Below are positions 1 to 11,410 of a DNA stretch of 64,000 nt, in pieces. The DNA is taken from positions 5,580,001 through 5,644,000 of the forward strand of contig OX597826.1 in the NCBI GenBank assembly GCA_951406725.2, given 5' to 3'. Below the pieces are notes generated by a model. That model did not search any database. It was not told the DNA's origin and worked only from the letters and a program-made list of their open reading frames with translations. This DNA is from Octopus vulgaris. Taxonomy: Eukaryota. The first letter of the stretch is position 1. Each line of letters begins with the position of its first letter. A program made the position numbers and the translations under genes.

Positions 1-326
1 TTTGGAGTTCAAAACCTATAGTAGTTAAGACTTTTATGTTCCGTACTTCAGAATGTATACAATAAAAGTAAGAAATCTGAAGCAATTCAATTGTATACTA
101 CTAAATTTCTATAATATTGCAAATAAAATCTGCAATATGCTAGGCAAACTATATTGTTTCAAGTATATACTATTACGGTTGAAGTGAAATGCTTCTGAAT
201 GGAGTAATGGTTAATTTTATGAAAAGAGAACATATCGATAAATTTCGTTTCTCAGTTCAGGCCCTTCCTTAGTCTCCAGCAATCTGCCGTCGGATTTCTC
301 GTTGTATCACATTTATTTCTGAATAA

Positions 327-480
327 GGCGTGGTTGTGGCTGTGTGATAAGGAGTTTGTTTCCCAACGATATGTTTGTAGGTTCAATTTCACTGCGTGGC
401 ACTTTGGGCTGGTGTACTCTACAATATCCATACACTGACCCAAACCTTGTGAGTGGGTTTAGTGGACGGAAACGGAAAGA
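327..480 (+). mobile_element. SINE type A, 5' head fragment (tRNA-derived)
   Basis: ggcgtggttgtggctgtgtgataagg...gtaggttcaatttcactgcgtggcactttgggc...ccttgtgagtgggtttagtggacggaaacggaaaga matches the heads of the full-length copies at 32631-33090 and 47430-47866. Confidence 0.8.
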
Positions 481-1200
481 TCCGGATCTTTTATCTCTTA
501 ATTGTCCCTCTCACTAAACCCTCTTTTAGCATGTTGGGAAGTTTGGCACATGCAAGGAGTCTCTGAAAAATTATCTGCAGTGGCTTTGCAAGAGCCTTTT
601 TACAAGCCTTTAAGAGAACAGCCTGCAGTCCATGGGGGCCCGTTATTGAGTTTGATCACATCTCATCAATGACCGATATTACATCCACGTCTGTTATGAT
701 AATGTAATCGATGGTTGCCTCTTTTCCGAATAGATTCGTTACATTGAAAATCTTCTGAAGCTCGTTCATTTGCACATTTTCCAATAGAGAAATGAAAACA
801 CTTCGGAATTGTTTATCTAGTGCTTCACTTATCTTCCCCGAGTCGGTAGTAAGCGAGCAGTTTTTTACTGAGGCCAACTGCTTTGCCAACATGTCGAAGG
901 CCTTAGGATTTCTTTTTATATTTTCGACTTCCCAGGTTTCTTGAGGTGTTTATTTAAGCGATATCGAAATCTTTATTCTCCGCCGCATGAATATTCTCCT
1001 ATCTCGGGGAATGATGCTTTTTGTGCATTGCCTCTCTTTTCTAGGACATATTTAATGCATCTGGTTCGCATTATTGACAGGAATTTACTGAGTTCCATAT
1101 CTGCCTTGCATAGAGAGGCTTTTAGGCCAGTCCTACTGGAGTATCTGTTTTTCAATTGTCAGGCTTCCAGTCAACTTTATAGAAATTTAGGCTAGATAGG
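481..1200 (-). mobile_element. Degenerate CR1-like LINE ORF2 fragment (linker before the RT domain)
   Basis: Minus-strand translation near 530-640 reads GPHGLQAVLLKACKKALAKPLQIIFQRLLACAKLPNMLKEG, resembling the GPDG..A.LLK.C...LA.PL.IIF block of CR1-clade ORF2. ORFs 656..892 and 973..1155 are the interrupted upstream part. Confidence 0.65.
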
Positions 1201-1396
1201 GTTTGAGCGCCATCTGTGAGAAGTTTATATTTAGTTAATTCCGGGCCACACATTGTCAGTTCTGTTATTTAATGGTCTGAGAATATTATCGGTGATATGT
1301 TTACGTTGTGGATAATTTCCACATTGTTTGTAAAACAGACCTCCATGGCCACAACGGGCACCACTAACACCAAAAGCACCACCCTCCGCCACATTT

Positions 1397-1618
1397 GCCG
1401 CCGCCGCTACCACCAGCACCAGCACCATCACCACCACCACCACCACCAGCACCACTACCCCTACTGCCACCATTACCCTTATCCTCTTCGTCCTCAACCA
1501 CCTCTCCATATCCTCATCTTCCTCTCCTTTGTCCTTCCGTTTATTCTCCCCTTCGTCCACCTCCCCTCTCATCCTCCTCCTCTCCTTTTTTGCTCCTCTT
1601 CCTCCTCCTCCTCCTCTT
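1397..1618. repeat. Drifting trinucleotide low-complexity tract (CCG/CAC/CAT then TCC/TCT)
   Basis: Seen directly; it explains ORFs 1231..1572, 1297..1641 and 1395..1682. Confidence 0.9.
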
Positions 1619-1730
1619 CGTGGTTATTGAAACTGTCATAAACATTACTCGACGTACGCTCACCAATACCATCATAGCATGATTGTCATCTCCCTCAGAA
1701 TAATTATTGTGTCTGCCATCAGGATATATT

Positions 1731-1955
1731 AATTGTTTATTGCCCAAAAGAGGCTTAAAATAGAAAGGAGAAACAAGGACAGACAAATAGATTAAGTCGA
1801 TTAAATCGACCCTAGTGCGTAATTGGTACTTAATTTATCGACCCCGAAGGGATGAAGGGCAAAGTCGACCTCGGCGGAATTTGAACTCACAACGTAACGG
1901 CAGACGAAATAACGCTAAGCATTTCGTCCGACGTGTTAACGTTTCTGCCAGTCGA
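1731..1955 (-). mobile_element. SINE type E, full length, with target-site duplication
   Basis: Matches the copies at 31270-31480 and 63850-64000 in reverse. Flanked by ctgccatcaggatatatt (1713-1730) and ctgtcatcaggatatatt (1956-1973). Confidence 0.85.
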
Positions 1956-1992
1956 CTGTCATCAGGATATATTACCTAGAATTCAATCGCAA

Positions 1993-2168
1993 TGAGGATG
2001 AGAATGCTAACGCTTATGATGAACCATGATGACGACGATGATGATGATGCTTATTATATGTTGTTGTTATTCTTGTTGATGATGATAATGATGATGACTA
2101 TGACAACGACGATGATGAGAAGGAGGAAAAGAAGGATGATGAAAATGAGGGTGAGGATGAAATGGAGG
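1993..2168. repeat. GAT/GAC/GAG trinucleotide low-complexity tract
   Basis: Seen directly. Confidence 0.85.
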
Positions 2169-2735
2169 AATGGGAAAACTTTCGTGACCAACATCAGCAT
2201 CCAGATTGTTAAGATCTTTCTTGAACAGCCCCATTGCTATGATTAGCGACATTAACCATAACATCAAAAGAAATGATACAAGAAAATTCCATCATATCAA
2301 ACGGTAGTACCATCATCAACTAACTGAACATATTTTTTCCTTTCTAGATAATGTCACCTAATTATCTGCAACTTGTCAAACAATGATTCAAAATTTTGTA
2401 GAAATCTCAATTCATTTTTCTCATTGTTGATGTGAATAATTTGAAATTATATTCAATAGCCTTCAAATTTCCAAAGTATAAACACACAAATTATTGCATT
2501 TATTTAGATTTAATAAAGCTTCATATTTGTTTCGTTCTGCAACGATTCATATAAGCACTACAAATTATTTACTGCCATTTAACAATCATATCCGTGATAT
2601 TTGTTTTATTACAAATCTACAACAACCGTTTTCTCACACAATACTGTTATGGTATAGTTTTAATTTTCAGAAATATTTTATATTTTGTTTAGCATTGTTC
2701 TCCAATCGAAATTGCAGGATGGAAAACTTTTTCCA

Positions 2736-2774
<39 letters not shown>

Positions 2775-4250
2775 AATTTATTTTCCGGCCTGCTGATTGA
2801 TTCAATAAAGCCTAAATTTTGTTTTCCAAATAAGTTTTCTCGAATAATATATGCTATTACGGTTTAATATAAATAATTTACACGGGAAAATGTTTTCATC
2901 TGATATAAAGCAATCGTTTAGCATATGCAGTTGGAAGCAGTTATCTAAGTTAATTACTTGCTCAATTTCTCTTCTATTGCTATTTAGGAATTGTTTTGTA
3001 AGTTTTCTTTCTATATAATTTTGCAATTTTCATTTCCCTAATACCTTAATTATCATTGCATCATTAGTTTTGTCCTTTCTTACAATAGTCAGACACTTTT
3101 ATATTTCTCGCACGTGTGCCATCACTGATAACATAAATCCTTTTCTTAGTATTTATAGGTTACCGGATAGTTCCGTGAGCTGTCATATTTTATTTTAATT
3201 TTCTAATATTATATCAAACCTGTCACCATTTATACATGGAAATACCTTATAACATGTCAGATATTAAGAGATATACTAAACTAGTGTCCATATGTAGCCT
3301 GATTCTTCGATTTAAACCCTCTTGATATTCTTATAATACAAAACTACAGATTATTATTGAAAGAACCGCATTATATGGAGTGGCTATTTTTGTTCGAAAA
3401 CGTAGTATAACCTATGTTAGTTATTACACTTAGGCATCTGTGAAAAGACTTTTCTCCATAAATTTTAATTTGTGTTTGTATATTCTTTATTATGAAAGTA
3501 TGCACCGTTAATATTTAAATAAAGAAGACACTGTCTGTCATGAATTACGATGAATTTATTAGTCAATTACAGAGAGAGAGAGAGAGTGAGATAGCTTCGT
3601 TTATATAATTCCTTTACGAATAATAATCACTATAGCAGTCCATAACGATGTGCTCGTTTACATGGATCACATACTAGGGTTATAATACAAGTTGCGTGAT
3701 TCATATTAATAAATGATATCGGGTATACAATGACGTTTCTTCTCATTGTTAAGAACAAATTCAACAATGCATATACAGGCAAAATTCTACATCGGCACAA
3801 AATATTTATACACCAAAGATATAAATATTTATTAAATATTCTTCCATGTACGTACATGTATTGAAAGGGTTACAAGACAAACATATCAGACAGAACATTG
3901 TTACAAAAGTCATTCACGCCCACAAACAAACATGCGAAAGCAATACATTTAAATGTGTGTGTATGTGGGTTCTTTTATTCTTTTTCTTGTTTCAGTTACT
4001 TGAGAGTGGCTATGCTGGGGCACAGTTTTAAGGATTTTAGTCGAACAAATCGACCCCAGGATATTTTAAAAACATGGTACGTATTCTATCAGTCTTTTTA
4101 GCTGTACTACTAACTTACAGAGACCAACACACGCCAACACCGGCTGTAAAGCGGTGGGCGGGACAAACAGACACTAAGACACATACCCCTCTACATGTAT
4201 ATATAAGAACATGTATGTATGTATATATATATATATATATATATGTATAT

Positions 4251-4442
4251 TCGAAATGTAACCGCGTGTGTACCGTTGGCAATTTTTTCCCTCCGTCTTT
4301 CCTTTTCCTATGTTTCTGACGAAGAGCTCCGCTCGTAACGTTAAACCCTCATTATTTCCTTCTTTCCTGAGCGTCCAATAATACTATACTTGTTCCACGT
4401 CCTCGCGTTGTTGTGATTTCTCTTTATGTTTTCATGTTTGGA
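4251..4442 (+). mobile_element. Probable Penelope-like element terminal fragment carrying a hammerhead motif
   Basis: Non-SINE sequence nested in the SINE microsatellite; contains gtttCTGACGAagagctccgctcGTAAcgttaaac. The PLE assignment is inferred from the hammerhead motif only. Confidence 0.55.
4312..4346 (+). ncRNA. Minimal type I hammerhead ribozyme relic (A13U core substitution)
   Basis: Stem I GUUU/AAAC, CUGACGA plus an extra A, stem II GAGC/GCUC with UCC loop, GUAA instead of GAAA, palindromic stem III ACGU, cleavage triplet GUU. Confidence 0.65.
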
Positions 4443-4896
4443 TTTCTTTTCAGTTTCCGTCTAACAAATCCATTCACAAGCATTTGGTCGGCCCAAGGCA
4501 TCAGTAAAAGACACTTGCACAAAGTTCCACTTTGTTGAGAAGCAAGATTCTTACTACACAGCCAGGCCCACGCCTATAAATTTATGCATACATGAACAAT
4601 AAAACTAGCGCAGAAGTATGCCGAAAGTTTACAACATTCAAAACTATAAAAGATGCAAAAACATTATATATGGTATGCAATGCAAATATTTATACTCAAC
4701 ATGTAAACTGTATTCAGATATTTATTTAGCCGTGCTTTAAAGAATTACGCTCGCTCACACAAGCATACATACAAACACTCACATATTATTATTTGTTTTT
4801 ATAATGTTTTATAACGAAACAGTGAAACGATACTTGTAGGATCACTTATGATACCTAAGTAGATTATTGAATTTATTTGTTCAAGGAAGTGGTTGA

Positions 4897-4945
4897 TAGC
4901 GATGACTTCGAAGTTCCGCTGCTCGTTGGCTTCGTCAGACTGTCT
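4897..4945 (-). ncRNA. Minimal type I hammerhead ribozyme relic (A13G), palindromic stem III
   Basis: Minus strand reads agacagu CUGACGA A GC caacgagca GC GGAAC UUCGAAG UC aucgcua. The stem III region ACUUCGAAGU is a perfect palindrome; triplet GUC. Homologous to 26932-26978. Confidence 0.6.
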
Positions 4946-5280
4946 GAAGTAGACAACGATTATGCATATCATATATCTAGCGCTCTAGCTTTTCTTTCTC
5001 TGTCTTTCTCACTCTCTCCCTCTGTCTGTCTCTGTATGTCTCTGTCTCTTTCTCTCTCTCTCTCTTTCTCTCAGTTTCTATCTACCTGTTATTTATATAT
5101 ACATATAAGTATATATGTATATATTTACACCAACACACAAACACACATGTGCATGTATTTAGAGCATGAGAGAGAAATAGATAGAGAGGGAGAGAAAGAA
5201 AGTGAGCACGAGTGAGAAGGAGAGAGGGGAGAGAGAGATGATAAGAATATAAGAATAAAACTGCCTGATTCTGATGTACA

Positions 5281-5284
<4 letters not shown>

Positions 5285-5317
<33 letters not shown>

Positions 5318-5341
5318 CATGTTCACATGTAAATATTACAT

Positions 5342-5433
<92 letters not shown>

Positions 5434-5434
5434 T

Positions 5435-5465
<31 letters not shown>
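5285..5465. repeat. Compound microsatellite (TA)n-(TCTA)n-(TA)n-(TG)n
   Basis: Seen directly. Confidence 0.95.
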
Positions 5466-5467
<2 letters not shown>

Positions 5468-5794
5468 TAAGAAAGCAAACTTACACAGAGTACAAAGACG
5501 AATAAAAAATATTTAGAACGTATGATGTTACAATATATATTTATATATATACATGTATATATATATTTTGTAAATTAAAAAAGTAGATTTATTTGTATAT
5601 TCCCGTCATTGTCTCCATATCTTCTCAACTGAATTCCTTTTATAGCGATTCTACACCTCGCAGACTTGGTCCACAGTAAAGGTTTCGGCGTGTAAGTTCA
5701 AATCAATTTAACGCTTGTTTGAGCTTTCTATATTGAGAATCTCCGGATCTGTTGAATGTATATTCACATATTTTTCTTGCGCTGTTGCTATATT

Positions 5795-5970
5795 TATGTG
5801 TGTGTGTATGTATGTATGTATGTATGTATGTATGTATGTATGTATGTATGTATGTATGTATGTATGTATGTATCTATCTATCTATCTATCTATATATCTA
5901 TCTATCTATATGTCTGTCTATCTATCTATGCATGTGCCTGTATATGTATTTATATGCATGTATATGTATA

Positions 5971-6011
<41 letters not shown>

Positions 6012-6090
6012 ACATATGTATATATATATGTATATATATATGTGTGTGTGTGTGTGCATGCGTGTGTGTGTGTGCGTGTGTATATATAGA
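5795..6090. repeat. Compound microsatellite (TGTA)n-(TCTA)n-(TA)n-(TG)n
   Basis: Seen directly. Confidence 0.95.
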
Positions 6091-6159
6091 GACGATAGAT
6101 AAAGAATAAAAAACGACAAAATATATATATATATATATATTTGTGTGTGTGCGTGTATG

Positions 6160-6355
6160 TGTGCCTTTGTTTGTCCCTCCACCACCATCCCCTGAAAACT
6201 GATGTTGGTGTGTTTACGTCCCCGCAACGTAGCGGCACGAAAAATATGACCGAAAGAAAAAGTACTAAGCTTACGAAGAGTAAGTCCTGGATTTTATTCG
6301 ACTCTAGACGGTACTCCAGCATGACCGCAGCAACTTGAATGAAACAAATTAAAGA
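6160..6355 (+). mobile_element. SINE type A, 3' half
   Basis: tttgtttgtccc...gatgttggtgtgtttacgtccccg...aagagtaagtcctgg...ggtactccagcatgaccgcagc...gaaacaaattaaaga, the reverse complement of the tail at 36165-36345. Confidence 0.8.
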
Positions 6356-8089
6356 TTATATATATATATATGTGGATAATGTGTCAGCTCACTACAGCTG
6401 TTTCCTATAAATGTTTTAACTAATTAATGGGAACATTACATCATTAGAAAAACAGGTCTGATCCACCTTCATGATTCTATTACCCTTGCTTTCAATTTAC
6501 TACGTTATTCTCTTTCTAAAAGAACGCCAAATCTTTACAGCAAAAACGCTAAAACCAAAAATCTAACGAAGAAAACACAACTTCATGCTACGATAAATTT
6601 TCTAGAATTTTGTAACGGATAGCTTCATTACAGTGAATTTACTCTGAATTTCTTCAATAATTCCCATTTTAGCTATTAGTTTGGAATATTAGATGGGAAG
6701 TTAGAAATTAATTATAGCGCTAAACCGATTGCACTCATATGTCACTGTAATAACGTTACCTTAACGCGGAACCCTTCAATTAGAAAGAAAGCCCTACCAG
6801 AAGCAGATATTGTATGAGATATAAATTTACTCTCATTTAGATTGCAACTTATTCGGAGGTAATTCGAATTCAAGATACAATATTTAACGTGGAGGAAACT
6901 GTTTATCTCGATCCCTTGCAAAATAACTGGTAATTTCTGATATTTGATATAAGAGATTATTATCCATCCATTATGGAACATTTCCTAATAAATTCCATAA
7001 ATGTTTACAGCATTAATCAATTCCTTTATAGTTTGAAATGCATTTAAATTTAAATTTAAAATTGAAATTTATACTTAGAACACTTTCAGCAGCAATGGTG
7101 CTCTTAATAAAGAATCAAACACTTCAACAAATACAGAGGTACTGAAAGCAACTAAACCGATTTAGTTAATTTCCTTGCCTAATGATCTGATATGCCACAC
7201 TCTTATCTATTGACCTTGATGAAGGATACTCTCGAGCTTACCAATGTTTGTTTGCCCCCGTTACCAGCTAAAGATGGTTGTTCAACTACTTCTGCCAAAG
7301 GTATGAAGTAATACCGAGCCCTCAGAAACAGCTGTCGGAATTGTTACACTTCTTTCCCTCTAATTCTTTGAGTCTATGTAATGTGAATAACCTTACTCTC
7401 TCTATCTCTCTTTCTGTCTGTGTATACAATATTGTTTATCATCTGAAAATTATGAGTCTGCCTTCCCTTTTTACATGCATACATGGATATATATTTTGTT
7501 CACTGAACCCAGTCTCCGTATCTGTTTACTTGAATTCCTTTATATCCACTCTTTCCCTTCCACAGTTGACCCTTACTGAAGATATCGGAGTGTAAGCTTA
7601 AATCATTTGAGCGCTACAGAATGTCTTCTCTGTTGAGATTCTTACGATCTCCTCTGTTAATTCTTTCACTGTCTCTCTGTGTCTCTGTCTCCCTCAGTGT
7701 TGATATATGTGAATGTTTGAAAATGTTAGACAAAGGCGTTCACACTCTAGAAAAATCTACTTCTTAAAAATGCTTTATAACATCCTCATAAAAGATTTCA
7801 TATCAGTGTTTCTTACTTCTCATATCAGGGTCTCTTACTCTCAACATGAGCTTGTTCCATTCCACGTTTGCACACCATACTCTGATTAACGCTCAGCCCA
7901 AATTCTATACGCAATGATGTCCTATAAACTGTAAATATTCTTATATATAGATATAATGAGAGTAATAAAACAAAGCATATATTCTTTACTTCATAATGTC
8001 TTGACTCTAGTAATTTTAGATATACCAGAACAATCACGAGTACGGTTTTACCCACCGAATTCTATTACAGCCTGATAATCGCGCATTCT

Positions 8090-8356
8090 TCTTCACAATT
8101 AACCTTCGCAAACACAGAAAACTCCATTTTAAGTTACACGAAGGTCGCTGAAAGATTCCTGTCTTTAGAGTATCGAGAAAGTTCTGGTTGGCGACCCAAC
8201 CTTCCGAGGTATTTTACAGCGCTTACAAAATCTGAAGAACCGCTGTAGTAAGTGTGTGGATTTGAGAGAGGAATGCATTGGATAAAATCATAATTAACTG
8301 ATCCTCGTGTATTTACTTTTACCTAAAGCCAGGAACTTTGCACCACCCTCTCGTGT
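8090..8356 (+). mobile_element. Mariner-type transposon 3' end relic (transposase C-terminus plus right TIR)
   Basis: Frameshifted translation WLATQPSE...LQNLKNRCSKCVDLREECIG* resembles the mariner C-terminal L..RW.KC....G.Y.E* block. It is followed by aaagccaggaactttgcaccaccctctcgtgTA, also seen at 44151-44182. Confidence 0.7.
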
Positions 8357-9026
8357 ATTTTCGTAATACATTTGATACTCATCATATAACAGAAAGTACA
8401 ATAATTGCTCTGAAACATCTTACACGAATTTATTTATATCTTTGTTAATGTTTCCAGAAAAAACTCTTTTCATAAATGGAAAGTATATATAAAACTGCAT
8501 CAAGAATCTACTTGAAACAAAAAGTCTTAATAATATACATATGGCAATCTTTGATATTATTACCAAGGTAACCTCGTTTTTATTTCTACAAAATACTTTC
8601 AGAAATACGTATTGCAAATAACTATTTTTTTACAATGCAAAACCTTATAAACAATACAATAAGACACTTTTCTTTAATCAACCCAAATCATTTCCATTAT
8701 ATAATTTTCCCAACAATGCAGTAAATCGGTTTGGCATATAATCTTATAAGCATAATTCAAGTTAGCAGAAAAAACCCCACTAAAAATGACGTCAGTGTAA
8801 TGATGTCTCAAAATAATTAATCAATAACATTTGCTGTATTAGATATATCCAATTATTTAATTTCTTGGGCAAATGCCGAAAACATCTTACACAACAATAA
8901 GTTGTTTCCATTAGAATCAATGACTTACAAGAAAATGAAATATTAAATGTTCTCCATTAAAGATTAATGCGTATATTTTCTAATAATGTAATTGTTCTAA
9001 GATGCAACTAAGGCTCTTTAGTCAAA

Positions 9027-9326
9027 GTACCACTAGAATATAACTTCATTTATTATATAAAATACATTCAAAATATAACTATTTACAGACACAAGCACGA
9101 ATATTTCTTTTTATATTAATCATTCCAGAGATGAGGCAGAAGACCACACTGAAGATAGTATTCAATAATTAACTATACAACATACATTATATAATGGAGG
9201 ACAAAACCGTTTTAAAGGAAAAATCAGAGACAGAAAGAGTTATATGAGTTACTGGAATTTCACGCATTGCTTGTGTTGAGAAATAGCGTCGTATATTCTA
9301 AGACATTGATACGGTATCAAATCCAC
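9027..9326 (+). repeat. 300-bp local direct duplication, copy 1 (copy 2 at 13609-13910)
   Basis: By-eye alignment gives about 18 substitutions and 2 small indels over 300 bp. Confidence 0.95.
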
Positions 9327-9729
9327 ATTTAGGCATAATCAAAAGTACATTTGCACTCAAGTACCCTCTTATACATTTATACATATTCGCCTTCTCACAC
9401 ACGTACACAGATGCAAGCGCGAACACACATACACTCAGACACACACACATTTCACTCAGGTACAGAAACGTGCACATTCTATTTATTACAAAACACTAAT
9501 TCCAAAGTAATGGTATAATCGTACAAGATAGATAAGTAGTTAATTAAACAAAAGGGATTATAATCACAATCATTTGTCAGAAACTCTATAACTTATTACA
9601 CTCAAAGATAAATACAGTATTTATCTTTCTGTATTATACAGAAACAATATTCACACATTTATAGTGCTTCAAACTAAGTCGATCTACCACACTAACGCAT
9701 ATGCCAGTTAACATATTTTCACTATTAGA

Positions 9730-9870
9730 TGACGGTGAGCTTGCAGTGTCGCTAATGCGCCGGGAAAAATTCTTAGAGGCATTTCTCCCGACCTTACGAT
9801 TAGAGTTAAAATGCCACCATGGTCCACTTTGCCTTTGAACAGATTAGGGTCGGTAAGACAAGTACGAGGT
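9730..9870 (+). mobile_element. SINE type E, highly degenerate
   Basis: gacggtgagcttgcag...ctaatgcgccggg...tagagttaaaatgccaccatggtccactttgcctttga...gggtcggtaa resembles 63850-64000. Confidence 0.5.
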
Positions 9871-10128
9871 GTAATAGACTTAACCTTTCCCCTGCAATCA
9901 ATGTTCTCCTGCCAAAATTTGAAAAGGATGTTTTCACAACACTTGCATAACGACTACATAAATTGTAAAGAGAAACAATGAGTTTAAAGAATTCGGACAA
10001 AATATACAAATAAAACGAAATTGAAACTATAAGGTAAACGAAGTAAGGTAAAATAAGACAAAATGTAATAAAGGAAATAACATCTAGGATCTAGCCACAT
10101 TTGAAATAAACTGATAGTAATAGTCAAA

Positions 10129-10452
10129 CACTAGATTATAAACTAAGGTTAAATTATGAGGGTAAAATATAAGGATAGATTATAAGCTAAGGGTAATATT
10201 CAAGCACTAGATTATAAGCTAAGGTTAAATTATGAGGGTAAAATATAAGGGTAGATTATAAGCTAAGGGTAATATTCAAGCACTAGATTATAAGCTAAGA
10301 TTAAATTATGAGGGTAAATTATAAGGGTAGATTATAAGCTAAGGGTAAGAATCAAGCACTAGATTATAAGCTAAGGGTAATATTCAGGCACTAGATTATA
10401 AGCTAAGGTTAAATTATGAGGGTAAATTATAAGGGTAGATTATAATCCAAGG
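10129..10452. repeat. Minisatellite, 76-bp unit with internal sub-repeats
   Basis: cactagattata recurs at 10129, 10205, 10281, 10357 (spacing 76) and 10389 (spacing 32). The unit is built from tagattataagctaagg and aaa(a/t)tat(g/a)aggg modules. Confidence 0.95.
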
Positions 10453-11019
10453 TTAACCTTTAAGGTATAAAGGAGACTAACAGAATGGAACTGCCAATGC
10501 AAAATAGATTTATCCAAATATTTATAGTTAGTTGCTATTTTGAGACGTAAATATATACAACAAACCAAAACCCAAACTTGAAACTTCCTGAATGTAATAC
10601 TAAACTGATGGTAGAAATAGCTCAGGTAGCTGGGATTAGATAAAATAATTAAGGTAAATATGGTTAGAAAGGAATAAAAATCTAGGAAAGATGGATGATA
10701 TAGCATCAATGGCGAGGCATACTTAAAAGTTTTACAGTTTTTTTTCTGTTAGAGTAGTGTTACTCAAGTGTGCGGATGAAGGTACTACCTTGATTTTGGT
10801 ATTATGTAGGAATGACATGCAGTACAAAAAATGCATGCAATTTATTATTTCATCCTCTCTTTCGTTGGTCATAAACAATTCACACTTAATTACTTCATAG
10901 TCTTCTGATATGAATACATTATCTTTATACAACTAGGAGTTGAACACGATGGAACATACAGTTTTCTATTTGTGAGTAAGCATCCAAAGGAAATCAGTTC
11001 AAGTTACCTTTATTTTCAT

Positions 11020-11085
11020 GTACACACACAAACACACACACAAACACACACACACACACACACATACACATATATATATATACAC

Positions 11086-11143
<58 letters not shown>

Positions 11144-11410
11144 TTTTACGCTTTTACTTGTTTCAGTCATTTGACGGTGACCATGTTGGAGCACCGCCTT
11201 TATCCTGAAGCATCATATATAAATATGTATGTATGCATGTGTGGATGTATGCATGCATGTATGTATGCATATATGTATATTTGTATGTTTGTATGTATGT
11301 ATGTATGTATGTATGTATATATGTATGAATGTATGTATGTATGTATGTATGTATGTATGTATGTATGTATGTATGTATGTATGTATGCATGTATGTGTGT
11401 GTGTGTATAC
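11020..11410. repeat. CA/TA and TGTA microsatellites flanking a short SINE type A tail (11144-11200, minus)
   Basis: Microsatellites seen directly; ttttacttgtttcagtcatttgacggtgaccatgttggagcaccgcctt matches the type A 3' end. Confidence 0.85.

Larger units (their letters stand above)
3971..4575 (-). mobile_element. SINE type A, full length, interrupted by a nested insertion in its internal microsatellite
   Basis: 3' tail at 3971-4190 (ttcttgtttcagttac...atgctggggcac...tagtcgaacaaatcgaccccagg), TA microsatellite, an unrelated insert at about 4251-4442, then the head at about 4445-4575 (cagtttccgtctaacaaatcc...ttactacacagcc...cacgcct). Confidence 0.8.

Noticed and set aside
10129-10452. Regularly spaced repeats as a possible CRISPR array
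   Set aside because: There are no unique spacers, the whole 76-bp unit repeats, and the context is eukaryotic with no cas genes.
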